Of a stretch of DNA of 64,000 nt, positions 12,574 through 24,000 are shown piece after piece (positions within the stretch are counted from its first letter, which is position 1; every line of letters starts with the position of its first letter). The position numbers and the translations under genes are program-made. This DNA comes from Botryllus schlosseri (Eukaryota). The stretch is from contig CM119372.1 in assembly GCA_051294905.1 (NCBI GenBank), positions 4,962,001 through 5,026,000 on the forward strand, written 5' to 3'. Below the pieces are notes generated by a model. That model did no database searches. It was not told the DNA's origin and saw nothing but the letters and a program-made list of their open reading frames with translations.

Positions 12574-15500
12574 CTATAATTACTGCTTATTTATGAATTA
12601 TACCACTATTAATGTTTTATTTATTCACAGTAAAACTGGTAAATAGGCTACACACATAATCCGGGGAGCAACGTGCCCCTAGGAAAAAATGGCGAGGTTG
12701 AAAAGTAAACTTAAATAATTTCAGTAATAGAGTCAAATTGTTATTTCTATGCAATACATGAAGGTGTCAGACTACTCAATTGCGGTCGGTGAAGAATTGG
12801 CAAGGGCTGTAGAGGTAGCCTAGAGATGATCGAAAATAAATAATCCAGATTACAGAAGTCATGTCGTCAAGTGTATATTTTTATAATTATTAAAATACCC
12901 TCAAATTTGCGATTTCTCTCAGTTATAAGACTGTCTGATGAGCCAAAAGTAGCCTAGACCGGACAGCAGTAAACCATTTCAGGAAATGAAATTCGCAGAC
13001 AATTGAAATTCTCGATCGATGGTTCCCAATCACTGCGCGCAGCTTCGGATTTACAGCATCGCGCGTGCACACCTGCACCGAAGGTCTCTTACACATAGGC
13101 GGTTTGCAACCTGCGACCCCCAGAAAGTATTTTGCAGCCCGCGAAGAAATACCAATTTTAATGCGAAATGGCATTTCGGTTTAGTTCACTAAAAACTGCA
13201 TAATGCGTGAGTTGAAGTAGTAAGTATTGTTCTGTGTGCAGTCTGATATCGTATTTTATTGATAAGTCTTACGATCGTCATTGACACTTCTAGATTGTGC
13301 GCCTTGCAACTACTAAAAAGTCTGTGAGGGCCCCAGTTTCATGCACCGTACGTGTCAGGTTGCATAGCACATCCACTGTCTCATTTGAGCTAATGCGAAA
13401 GTTCATCATAGGTTTAAGTCCGTGGTGGCCTGTCGAAACTAATCAAGCACCATTTTGGCGCCTCTTATCAATGTTTGTATATAGTCTCTACCACTCTTGA
13501 GGCAATCTAGTAGCCTAATCGCACTCAAAAAGATCGCATGCAGGCAATTTCCGGACACGACCCGAGTGGTAAAAATACGCTGTAAATCTAGCTGTCTGTC
13601 GTATAGAATTAAACATGTTACAACCACTTTCAACTGTAGTAGGCATATCTGCTGCAACTGAATACTGACACATGAAAGAAACAAATAGTGTTATATTAAC
13701 AAATTACCCAGCGGTGCAAGATGCGAAGACAAGCTTTCTGAAAATCCGCGATGATGTCATGCTCGCCGTCGACATTCAGATATTCGCCAACTTCTCGAAC
13801 ATTGCGGACGCATTGTGCAAACTATCGACACCATTCCTAGGTGCGAATTTGTAGCAAAGCATTCTCAATCGAAAAGGTGCCTGGGGCTATTCTCTCTAAA
13901 TCAATCAAAATCGCGCTCATGAGAAAACAAACAGACCGTTCAGTACACCAGGTGTCACCATATTAACTTCAATATATGTAATATCATAGCTTCTTATAAC
14001 ACTATGGAAACATCTCAATCACATCCATTGAAGTTGTTGGTTTGGTATTGGTTAGTTACACCGGGCCGAAATGTATTGCTGTCTTTCCCGATCTTCCTAC
14101 TTCTAGTACTGCTTGCCCTGTAGCCCACTTCGTGGTTCAAGTAGGGTTCTGGTTTGAATCAGGCTGATTCAAATCAGAGTGATTTAAATCAGTTTTTTTT
14201 CATTGATTTTTGATTTTAATTTACCATTTTGATTTTATTGATTATTTTGTTGTTTTTTTCGAATTTTTCAACAAGATGCGTGGATGTGGTTTGTTATCGG
14301 ACAATCCTGTGCATTTTATATAAACCGGGGATAGCATCTCGCCGCGGGCCCCGGTATAGTTCATTTATTTGACAGACAGACGGGAAAAGATCAAAGAGCT
14401 ATGGTCAATTAATATGTTAGCGTTTTACTGTGGATACTAGTTAGCTGTCTGCGACATGCTGCTGCTATTTCCGAGGGACTGGTGGGATACCGCAATCGAA
14501 ACGCAATCCGGAGTCTCTATCGAATTCGAAAGATTCCATCATCTCTGATCCAGTTTTCTTGCGGAAATCACTTCATCGATCAACATGTTTCCTGGCTACT
14601 AGAACAGTTCAGTAATGATTCGGCCATTCGGGCGACCCATCATTAACGCATAGGTTAAACTTTTTCAGCTATCATTGCCACAGGTTTAACGTCTTCAGCT
14701 ATCTCAGTGCTTTTCAACCTTTTTGAGCTCCGTTCGCACATTCTTTGTAAAATAAATTTCATTCGCACAAACTAATCGAAAATTGTTATGCAAAAAGAAG
14801 ATTAAGATACTGAACAATATTCCGTTCAGATGTGCAACAAATTGGCGACTATGTAGATTAAACTATAAAGTGTCTCATTAAAAGGGTAACTTTTTGTCTC
14901 GGTTTGACTTCAACTATTCCACTAAAACCCTTCTCGGCCAAACGAGTTGTTGGATTTTGTACAAGAACGTCTACCAGCGCTTGGATATGACCAGGTCTTA
15001 AAATCTGTTCAGTTCTCCTATCCAAAATACAGCGTATTTTTCGCGAGTGAAAAATGCTTGCTGTCAGAAATCGTTTTTGAGAGCTGACACAAAGGTCCCG
15101 GTGGCTGCAGTTTGTGGAAAGGGTGAAAACCCCACATGTTTGTGTTGAGGCTTTTGCCCTATGTCTTGGAACATAAGGTGCAAAACGATCAAGGAGAGTA
15201 GGCACATTAGAGCTCGCTACCTTATGATACGTTGCTCCAACTTCTGTGTCGCGAGTATGATAAGAGAAAATATACGCACGTTACTGTATATTCTGCTCTT
15301 TAGCACAATCTGACTTGATAATTCATAACAGTTTAATAACGGTAAAACAGCTTTTTGAATACCACCAAAATTTGAGTTTTTGTGGCATCTCGCGACCCGA
15401 GCCTCACCCACGAAAGGGAATTCATTTTTAATATTACAGTTGTATGCTACGATTTTACGGACATGTATGACATACAGAACGCGCACACCACAATTCTACA

Positions 15501-15819
15501 CATGTCTGACGCACGCGATTTCAAATTAGAGAAAATTACATTTTTCTGCGTGTCACAGTTGTACTACTATCTACTCAAGATTGCCAGAACGGGACTATTC
15601 CGTGCCGAGAACGGAGCATATCCATATCGAAAGGTTTGGCCATCCAGCATCGGTCATTTTTAGACCAAGGTTTTGTCGCCGTTAATGATTTAGCACCTCA
15701 TTTTATCAGCAGTTTGTTGGCCAAAACTTTACGTCTTCATATGCCCCGACGCAAAAGGGGTTGGCCTTGAAATGAATAAGTCTCATAGGCCGTAACTCGC
15801 TCGTAGCACACCCCTACAC

Positions 15820-16795
15820 CAGTGTTGGGATCAAGTCACTACCTTCGAGTCACGAGTCATTTCGAGTCATTGCAGATTTTGACTCGAGTCAAGTCAAGTC
15901 AATCGGTTTTCACAGATGACTCGAGTCAAGTCAAGTCACTCGTTTTTTGGAGGTGGCTCGAGTCAAGTCGAGTCAAGTCAAGTCAAGTCACGAGTCAAGT
16001 CACGATTCAAGTCAAATTGAATTTTCGAAGTATGAGTGATGATGCAAAGTTACTACATTTTGCTAACTGGGTGAAAAACAGAATAATTGGCCATTTAATT
16101 AGAATCGAATAACGAATATAAAGATAACTATACATGCATAATTATACATGTATAGTATACATGCAAAAGACGTTGTATCGCTCACGCTGCTCATAAATTA
16201 CGTGAGTAACTGCGTATAGCTACATGTTACAGTCTGATATTATCAACCAAAATAGAGGATCGAATACAAAGCCTCGACAAGTTGAAACAAATTGATATGG
16301 TACAGTAGGTTACACTACCGATTTGCACACCCGCGAGAGTATAAACGCACACTATTTGTTAGTTCGATTTAAATTATACAAAAGGTTGGTAAAAGTGAGC
16401 ACCGCGTAATATATGCACTGAGCCGTCTAACCAACAAAGATATGTCGCTGTTAGATTATTCTACTACTACTACTACTACGACAACGTAAGTTGTGATCGT
16501 GTCGTTTGCGGTCAGTAAATTAAATCAGCGAATGACTGATTGCCCTCACAAGTGACATCGGCATATCGCGAAAAATCCTAACATGCATATAATGAGGTGA
16601 TTTAATTTACACCGTTGACTTGAAATTGACTCGTAAATTTTGCTCCGAGTCACGAGTCAATTGGCATTTTCGAAGCGCCGAGTCAAGTCAAGTCAAGTCA
16701 TTTTTGCAAAGGGACTCGAGTCAAGTCAAGTCATACGAAAAAGTTGACTCGAGTCTGACTCGAGTCAAGTCATGACTCGAGTCATCCCAACACTG
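15820..16795. mobile_element. hAT MITE with GAGTCAAGTC arrays, nested in 14705-18235
   Basis: TIR CAGTGTTGGGAT...ATCCCAACACTG; exact TSD CCCTACAC. Confidence 0.92.
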
Positions 16796-17449
16796 CCCTA
16801 CACTAGTTCATCCCAACGGTCTTCGACCATGTTTTCCAAAAAAAAACGGTCGGACAAATCTTATCATGAATTCTCATGATAAAGCCATCTTTTTTGCGTG
16901 TCTCGCTTATTGGCTACAGTACCCAACACAGTGACCTTGGATGAATTTGCAATAAATTGAACAAATATTACACAAATATTAACTGATGGCTCTGGCACCG
17001 TGTCCACCCAAAATTGTACCCTTTGTGGTCCATACTTTAATAACCCTTAAGGCGGAAAATTTTGCGCCGCAGTAATTTGCAAATGTGTGTCGGTAATGAT
17101 GGTATTTACTACTATTATCGTGCCTCGCGCTAATGGAACAGTTATTACGAAAATATGATAATTGTTTAGCGAAAGAAAGCAGAAAGTCCATTTGACGTTA
17201 TGTTTTCAGCCTGTCGCAGGCTCAGACGGGCTGATATACTGTATGTGTGCCACTAAACGCCAGCTTCCAAACCAGGCTTTTGGTTACGAAATAATTATAG
17301 TGCGAAAATATTAGTTCATTACGGCTTGTGAGAGCTACGATTAGTGGTGCAAACAAGTTTTTACAATTGCGTCGCTACTACCAACGTTAAACTGACCTTA
17401 AGATTTCGTATTAGGTTTATTTGAATTATTCCACGTCAGAGAAATTAAC

Positions 17450-18100
17450 AGAGAGAGAGAGAGAGAATATTTATTCGTATACATTACATATCAACATAAC
17501 ACTACAAAAATGTAACAGTGAAATGAGACATGTAAGGTAGACGGGAGGCTCGATATGACATAGTCTTCAGAGCCGAGCCACCCGGGACAGGAGCAATTTT
17601 CACAGTCGATAACTAATGAAAAAATAAAAAATAAACTAACGAACGAAAGGAAAAATAAGACACAGTATCATGGACCAATTTGAAATACAACGCAAATACA
17701 ATTTACCGGTAGTTAGAGATAAGAGAATGAAAACATTGTTTTTTAAAAGCATAAGAGTCTAAATTGCGGAGATTAGGTGGCAGCTTATTCCAAACATTGA
17801 CACCAATAAAACTGATTGAATTTTGTACTAAACTGGTAGAGTGGTGTTGCACAGACAGAGACAAGTTAGAAGAAAATCTGGTATGATGTTGGTGGATATC
17901 TGAAGGTATCTTGAACAGATTATCAAAATATAGTGGCAGTTCACCCTGATGATAGCTATGCATGAATTTCATTACCTCAAATTGAAAATATCTTCCACTT
18001 TCAATATTCTAACGCTACGATACATGCTATTACAGTTCTCATATCTAGATTTCCGACAGAGAATTCGTATGGCTCGGTTTTGCAAGACTTGCAAAGACTT
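17450..18100 (-). mobile_element. 5'-truncated L2/CR1-group LINE (ORF2 C-terminus + 3' UTR, (CT)n tail)
   Basis: LQVLQNRAIRIL...ILKVEDIFNL / KFMHSYHQGELPLYFDNLF...HQHHTRFS...SISFIGVNVWNKLP...AFKK is the typical post-RT tail; a frameshift separates the two segments; AATAAA then a (CT)n tail on the minus strand. Confidence 0.88.
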
Positions 18101-18281
18101 GCAACAAATATTGACGATTTTCATTCGCACTTGACCCGGATTTTCATTCGCACTGTTCGCACCACCTTCGTCATTCGCACTGCAATTTTTTTCATTCGCA
18201 CAAGTGCGAACCGTCACACAGGTTGAAAAGCACTGAGCTATCTGTATGATGATTCACAGCCCCGCCTTATTAAAGTGTAAG

Positions 18282-18897
18282 CATAGTGTCCTATATGGTG
18301 TCGACACAAGCAAATCGCACGGTTCAATGAAATTGTATCACGTCACAGTTTCCATTTGGCTACAGGCAATTTGACGGTGATTTTTGACCGACTTGCCGAG
18401 CATCAAATTTGATAAAACGGGTATCAATCGAAAGCTGCCGCCGTACTGATTACGAAAATATAAATTTTATTCCGCTCGCGGCCCTGGAACCCCCACAATC
18501 AGCCTCTAATTTTTCATTGTTATGGAGATTGGCATTGGGACGCAACAATGCTGTCTAGCGAAACGAGACAGGTGTTCGAGAAAAAGGGAGCCAGACAGTA
18601 TTGTTGCGTCTGTCGTTTCGCCAGACAGCATTGTTGCGTCCCAATGCCAATCTCCATAACAATGAAAAATTAGAGGCTGATTGTGGGGGTTCCAGGGCCG
18701 CGAGCGGAATAAAATTTATATTTTCGTAATCAGTACGGCGGCAGCTTTCGATTGATACCCGTTTTATCAAATTTGATGCTCGGCAAGTCGGTCAAAAATC
18801 ACCGTCAAATTGCCTGTAGCCAAATGGAAACTGTGACGTGATACAATTTCATTGAACCGTGCGATTTGCTTGTGTCGACACCATATAGGACACTATG
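18282..18897. mobile_element. Foldback/MITE with perfect 275-bp inverted arms and P-element-like termini
   Basis: 18282-18556 is the exact reverse complement of 18623-18897; termini CATAG...CTATG; 7-bp TSD GTGTAAG. Confidence 0.9.
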
Positions 18898-19064
18898 GTG
18901 TAAGCGTTATCCTTCATCACCTTGATTGACATGGCTGTCATTCATCCCATTTTTATTTGTTGATGTTATTATGAGTAAAAAAATCAAAAAAATCATGATT
19001 TGAATTATTTAATTGATTAAAATCGATTTTAATCAAGGGCAAAATGATTTAAACCAGAACCCTA

Positions 19065-19233
19065 GGTTCAAGGCTTCCGTACATCATCTCCTTAACGGAT
19101 GAGATGGCGAGAAGCCTAGAAAAACCTTCAACACTTTGTTAAGACTAAGAAAGTAAGAATCCCTGAGTAGACCGCGAACTCTCAACTCATTGGTGCTGCA
19201 GCCGTGGAATATACCACTACGCTATCTCGCTTC
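19065..19233 (-). mobile_element. Degenerate tRNA-headed SINE-like sequence, apparently interrupted by the 14142-19064 hAT
   Basis: The minus strand starts GAAGCGAGATAGCGTAGTGGTATA...GAGTTCGCGGTC (A-box/B-box-like), resembling the head of the SINE at 20417. Confidence 0.45.
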
Positions 19234-19282
19234 GTCCAATAAGCCCAATATACATCCTGCGCAGGCCGTGGTCTAGCTGTAC

Positions 19283-19572
19283 TAGGGGTTGTAACCGTTT
19301 TGACTCGAGTCATATTCAATTGACCACCGAGTCAAGCCATTGCGTTCATTAAGGTTTTTTAGTTCAACCCAATTTTTTCAACTGTCGAGTGAGTTAGAAT
19401 GGCTCGCATTCAAAATATCGTAATTTTTCTCCGTCCTGGCAGCTTTCCGGCCCTATTTTCGAAGTATCCGGACTGATAGACGAAATATCAATAACGCGGT
19501 GACTTTACATCTTTCGAAGTTACAATGAAATGTCTGTCTTTTCCGCCCTAGTCTCGAGTCATTACAATCCTA
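19283..19572. mobile_element. Short GACTCGAGTC-family hAT MITE
   Basis: TAGGGGTTGTAA...TTACAATCCTA; TSD AGCTGTAC / AGCTCTAC (7/8). Internal sequence shared with 23552-24033 and about 56693-57025. Confidence 0.8.
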
Positions 19573-20152
19573 AGCTCTACCCTCCCTTGCTCATATTATT
19601 GTCGCAATGTATAACTAGCACAAGGTGCATAGCGTTTGCCACTATTTCCACATGTTTGTGGTTAATTAGGAATATGACTTCTCAATCCTAATGCTACATA
19701 ATTAGTAAAAACTTTCTCTTACCCTCCAAAATTTCATTTTTCTCTACAGAAGTGTGATCGGCGCTGCCTTCGTGCAGTAACCTACGCTGAATTCAATTGT
19801 AGTATTTTCATTGTAGCATACTCCGTGGGTATTGTCCAATGTCCATCATCAATTTACATAAGCAGCCGTTCTGGTTTAGAAATAGCACGACACCAAGCCT
19901 GCACGCAACTATACGTAGTTTAATATTCATATATGCAACTAACTGAGAATATTTAAAAATTTGAGAGGATTCTATCCTAAACACTAAAAATACGTTCGCC
20001 ACTTGATACTGCCTGGCTCGCTTCACTACATATCAAGAGTGGAGACAGAATGATCTCGTAAACGTGTGCACGGAATAGCATAAACAAATATCAAAAAAAT
20101 TAATTCACACAACCAACAGTTCCCGAAATTAGAGTTCATTCCCGTAAGCATA

Positions 20153-20417
20153 AGAGAGAGAGAGAGAGATATGATATTCTTTCTCGCCTGCACCATCGAG
20201 ATGCTTTGGCGACGGAGTTGCGATACGGCCCCATGAGGTCATCTAGTCTGCGCCCCCGTTTTTTTTTCTCCTCCATGCTATCCGTGATTGCTGAGCGCCT
20301 AGCAGGATAGCTGCGGATACCATTTTTCGAGTCTTTGGTATGACCCGGCCGGGGATCGAACCCACGACCTACCGCTCGAGAAGCCGGACGCATAACCATT
20401 ACACTATCTCGCTCGGC
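20153..20417 (-). mobile_element. tRNA-derived SINE with a conserved central domain and (CT)n tail
   Basis: The minus strand reads GCCGAGCGAGATAGTGTAATGGTTATGCG...GTGGGTTCGATCCCCGGCC (Pol III A and B boxes), then GGGTCATACCAAAGACTCGAAAAATGGTATCCGCAGCTATCCTGCTAGGCGCTCAGC, and ends in (CT)n. Confidence 0.88.
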
Positions 20418-21086
20418 TAAGAATTATCTAGTCTTCCAAGTCTGCCAAAATGCACTGGTTTTCGTGACACCCCCACGCCACAGGAAGGCCTACTGCAATT
20501 TCAATGATCATGATGCAGATTCTAGGGTTACCATACGTCTTTCTATGTGAGGATTCGTCCCCCTTTATAGCTTTGACAGCCAGGCGATGGTACAGACACA
20601 ACCAAACAACGCGAAGCCTAGATTTTGACGACAGTGACGGCAAGAATTACTAAAAAATTACGTCGGAGCGGACCCTTTTTCTAGTCAACACAGCAGTATT
20701 TCTAGTAAACATATTCAGATTACCGGTATTACCGGTTTTCTTGTCGGATTATATAAGTTTTGTCATTCATAAGAAGTGTCCTCTTTCAGGATCTCAAGGT
20801 AGGCAACCCTATCGTGTTCATAACAAGCGTTCTCGCCCCTTTTCACACCACACTGTGCGTGTGACATGACCGCAAAACCGAGATACAGCATTCGCCATTA
20901 AACAACTTCGCTTACAAGCAATGCAGGCAGTTCTTGCGCCTCGCTGGCGCCGCAATGCAGTAATGCTTTGCAACAGAATTTACGATCGAGAAATAGGTCG
21001 GGTTGGAAGCCATTCACGGCACGCTTTCCCGGCATTCTACACTGGCTCGGAGCAGACCACTCACATCGAATGCATAGCACTTAAAA

Positions 21087-24000
21087 CTAATCCGAAGCCG
21101 TAATCAACTTCTTAGTTCCTTCAATATCCCGTGAGCCGTTGGACATTTTTCGCTTTCCGTACCGCACGCCGTGTGTAGCAGTGGGAGATCCGTCGTCCCC
21201 TGAAGTAAGAACATGCATTCAGTGGTGGTTAAAGTAGTCAAAGTACAAATAAAAGTTAGCGATTACCAAGACCTATCAAAAGTTGAAAATGGAAGCCCAG
21301 AGAGGCGCTCAAGTACGGTAGTTTCAAAGAGTATACTTGGTCAATGGATGGTGTAGTTTCGACAGGTAACGATGGCGCTTGGTGCATCCTCGCGACGAAC
21401 GCAAAACGACTAGTTAGGTAACAAAATTCGAAAATCTATTCAGCAGGTACTGTGACGGCTATTTCAGAGGTTCTCAAAACGATTTCACGCGCATTTCAGT
21501 CGTTTTGCGCAATACACTGTTCAAGTATCAAGGTAAGTAGTAACACATTCACCCGATTACTCAACTGCAAGTAGTCAAAACTTAAGTGTGTAGTTTGAAA
21601 ATGAAAAAATACTTCATTACTAACTAAATCTGCATACATTCCATGATACAGGAGAGCTCACTCTCCAATCTCTAGCCCAGTGATTCTTGACCGGCGTTCG
21701 CTGGAAATCAAGACACACACCCGACACATACAGCAGAAGATTTGCATAAATACTCATTACAATTTTTTCGTTTTGTGTAAAAGTCATGTTTCAACGATTT
21801 TGTTCTTTCAACACCGTTGTTGATGCACAGTTCATCTTGTGAAGCATTATTCTATACTTATGTATAGATGTGTAATGCAGATTCTTGTTTTTGTGAGTAG
21901 GCAAAAATTTGGGGTTTGCCAAATGCTTGCAGATTAACGCAAGGGTTTGCCAGGTCAAGAACCGCTGCTCTAGCTATTGCAGCACTGACCTTCGGCAGTC
22001 CGAGGCGGCGTGCGCTCCGCATCACAAACAGGAGACGTAGTTCGTGACGCGGGCGAGTGAGCTCGCGGGCGTTTTTCGCCTTGCTTCTTTGAAGCCGGTT
22101 GAGATTGAAGATTGCCCAAAGACAAATTGTGAGCTTTTGCCAGACTGTCCCAACCTGCCAGACAGCTTGAAACCGATTCCGGTGCCGTGTCCGAGATCTG
22201 AAATAGTGCTGTAGATGAAAACAAACGGATTCTAACACAGTAACCGGCGAGTGTTGTACGTCTCTGCTTTCTTCGAGTACTTTCTCCAACAAGTCGCGTC
22301 TTTCGTCACGGACGGATAACTCTTCCCCCGCTAGACGGTCGAGAGTGTTCTGTGAGCAAGAGACATAGGCTACAGGGTGACACATCTTGTGACATAGGTG
22401 GCGGATCTTATTTTGCATCATAGATGACATGAAAGCCAGACAAGGACTGGGGCTACGCATAACGGTTCGAGTATTGATTGTAATGTAGGGTTACCGTACG
22501 TCCTCTTTGACGAGGATTTGTCCTCTTTTTTGACTTTTTTGGAAGTATCCTCGGAGGACGCCAAAATGTCCTTTTTTCGAGATTTAGTCCTCTCTTTTGA
22601 GAAACTTCTTCGAATATAGGGTAAAATTCGAGTGAGATACAGTAAATCAGCACTGAAGTAGCGCTCCGACAGCTATTTCGGAAGCCGGGTCGTAAACTTG
22701 ACCTTCTTATTTTTTTAGGTAACCAACGGAAGAGTATGGTAAAAAAGCGTGTTTTTGGGGAGTGGAGAAGACGAAGTGATGAGCTTTTTTTTCCCAGTCA
22801 ACCAACCACAAAGTTGGGGAAAATTTAAAATTTTTCCGGATTTTACTCTATGATTGTAAGTCGGAAAATTTTGAAAAAGCGTCCTCTTTTTACATTTCCA
22901 AATTACGGTAACCCTGTTGTCATGTTTCAAGTCAATAGTCACCTGGAGTACCGGAATTTATGAAGAACTGTTTTACCAATATGCATTATCAATTTGACAC
23001 TTTCCTACCACCGCCAAAGCTCTTAAACCTAGACTGGCTTTATCGCAGTGCGGAAAACATGCAGCACAAAGCTACGATTGCTGCGACATTTTAGCGCCGC
23101 TACATTATAACGACTATCAGGCTATCTATTCACCTGGTCTTCGATCCACGGCTGTACAAAACCTGGCCCACCTGAAATTCGTTCTCTTGGATCGCGTTTT
23201 TATTTCCCTGCGCTTCTTCGAGGCGTTTCTCCAGCGATTGCTTTTGCCTTTGGATATTTTGAAGAGTCTTGGTGAGTTCTTGAACGTGAGACTGGGAGAG
23301 TCGGCACAAGTTACAAGATCGAACTAGAAGAGCCGACGGGCGGGTAACTCACCTGATTCGTGCTGCCATGCAGACGAATGGAGGATCGCCTGAACAAGAA
23401 GTCGTAAAAGATAATACATATTCGCTAGTTTGACTAACCTAATAAAGATAGTCTGCGCAGGTGCACGCTCGGTCACAACACTCCCCTGCATATTTGTCTC
23501 AAAGGTTAACAACTCGCAAGTAGCTAATAGCTATCACAGATATTCGACAAACAGGATTGTAACCAAGTCACAAGATTCCGAGTCACAAGTCATTATCACT
23601 TTTATAGTATTGACTCGAGTCAAGTCGAGTCATTTTCAATTCACCACCGAGTCAAGTCTGAGTCATAGTGTTGTGACTCCAATCCGAGTCCAAGACATCG
23701 TGTTCAGTGTTCACTGTTCGGTTTTCAGTTCAATCCAGGTCGACCCACCTTTTTCAACTCTGTTAGAGTGATATAGAACGGCTCGCATTCATAATATTCC
23801 AAATACCAGAACTGATAGCCGAAATGCCAATAGTGATAACTTTACTATTCTTCGAAGTTACGATAAAATGTCTGTCTTTGCCGTGCTAGTCTCGAGTCAT
23901 GTAAAATGACTGGAGTACAAGTAGAGTCAATGCAATAATTGACTCGATTCGAGTCATTTTACGCATTTCAAAAAAATGACTAGGGTCAAGGTGAGTCACC

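Larger units (their letters stand above)
14705..18235. mobile_element. hAT (Charlie-like) element nested in 14142-19064
   Basis: TIR CAGTGCTTTTCAACC...GGTTGAAAAGCACTG, TTCGCAC subterminal repeats, exact TSD AGCTATCT. Confidence 0.92.
14142..19064. mobile_element. 4.9-kb composite hAT element (GATTTAAATC subterminal repeats) containing nested insertions
   Basis: TIR TAGGGTTCTGGTTT...AAACCAGAACCCTA; exact 8-bp TSD GGTTCAAG (14134-14141, 19065-19072). Confidence 0.92.

Noticed and set aside
20340..20417. tRNA gene
   Set aside because: A and B boxes are present, but the sequence continues into a SINE body and (CT)n tail with no proper acceptor stem or terminator.
21858..22460. 200-aa ORF as a separate gene
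   Set aside because: It is a read-through of one NAB exon plus intron and MITE sequence.
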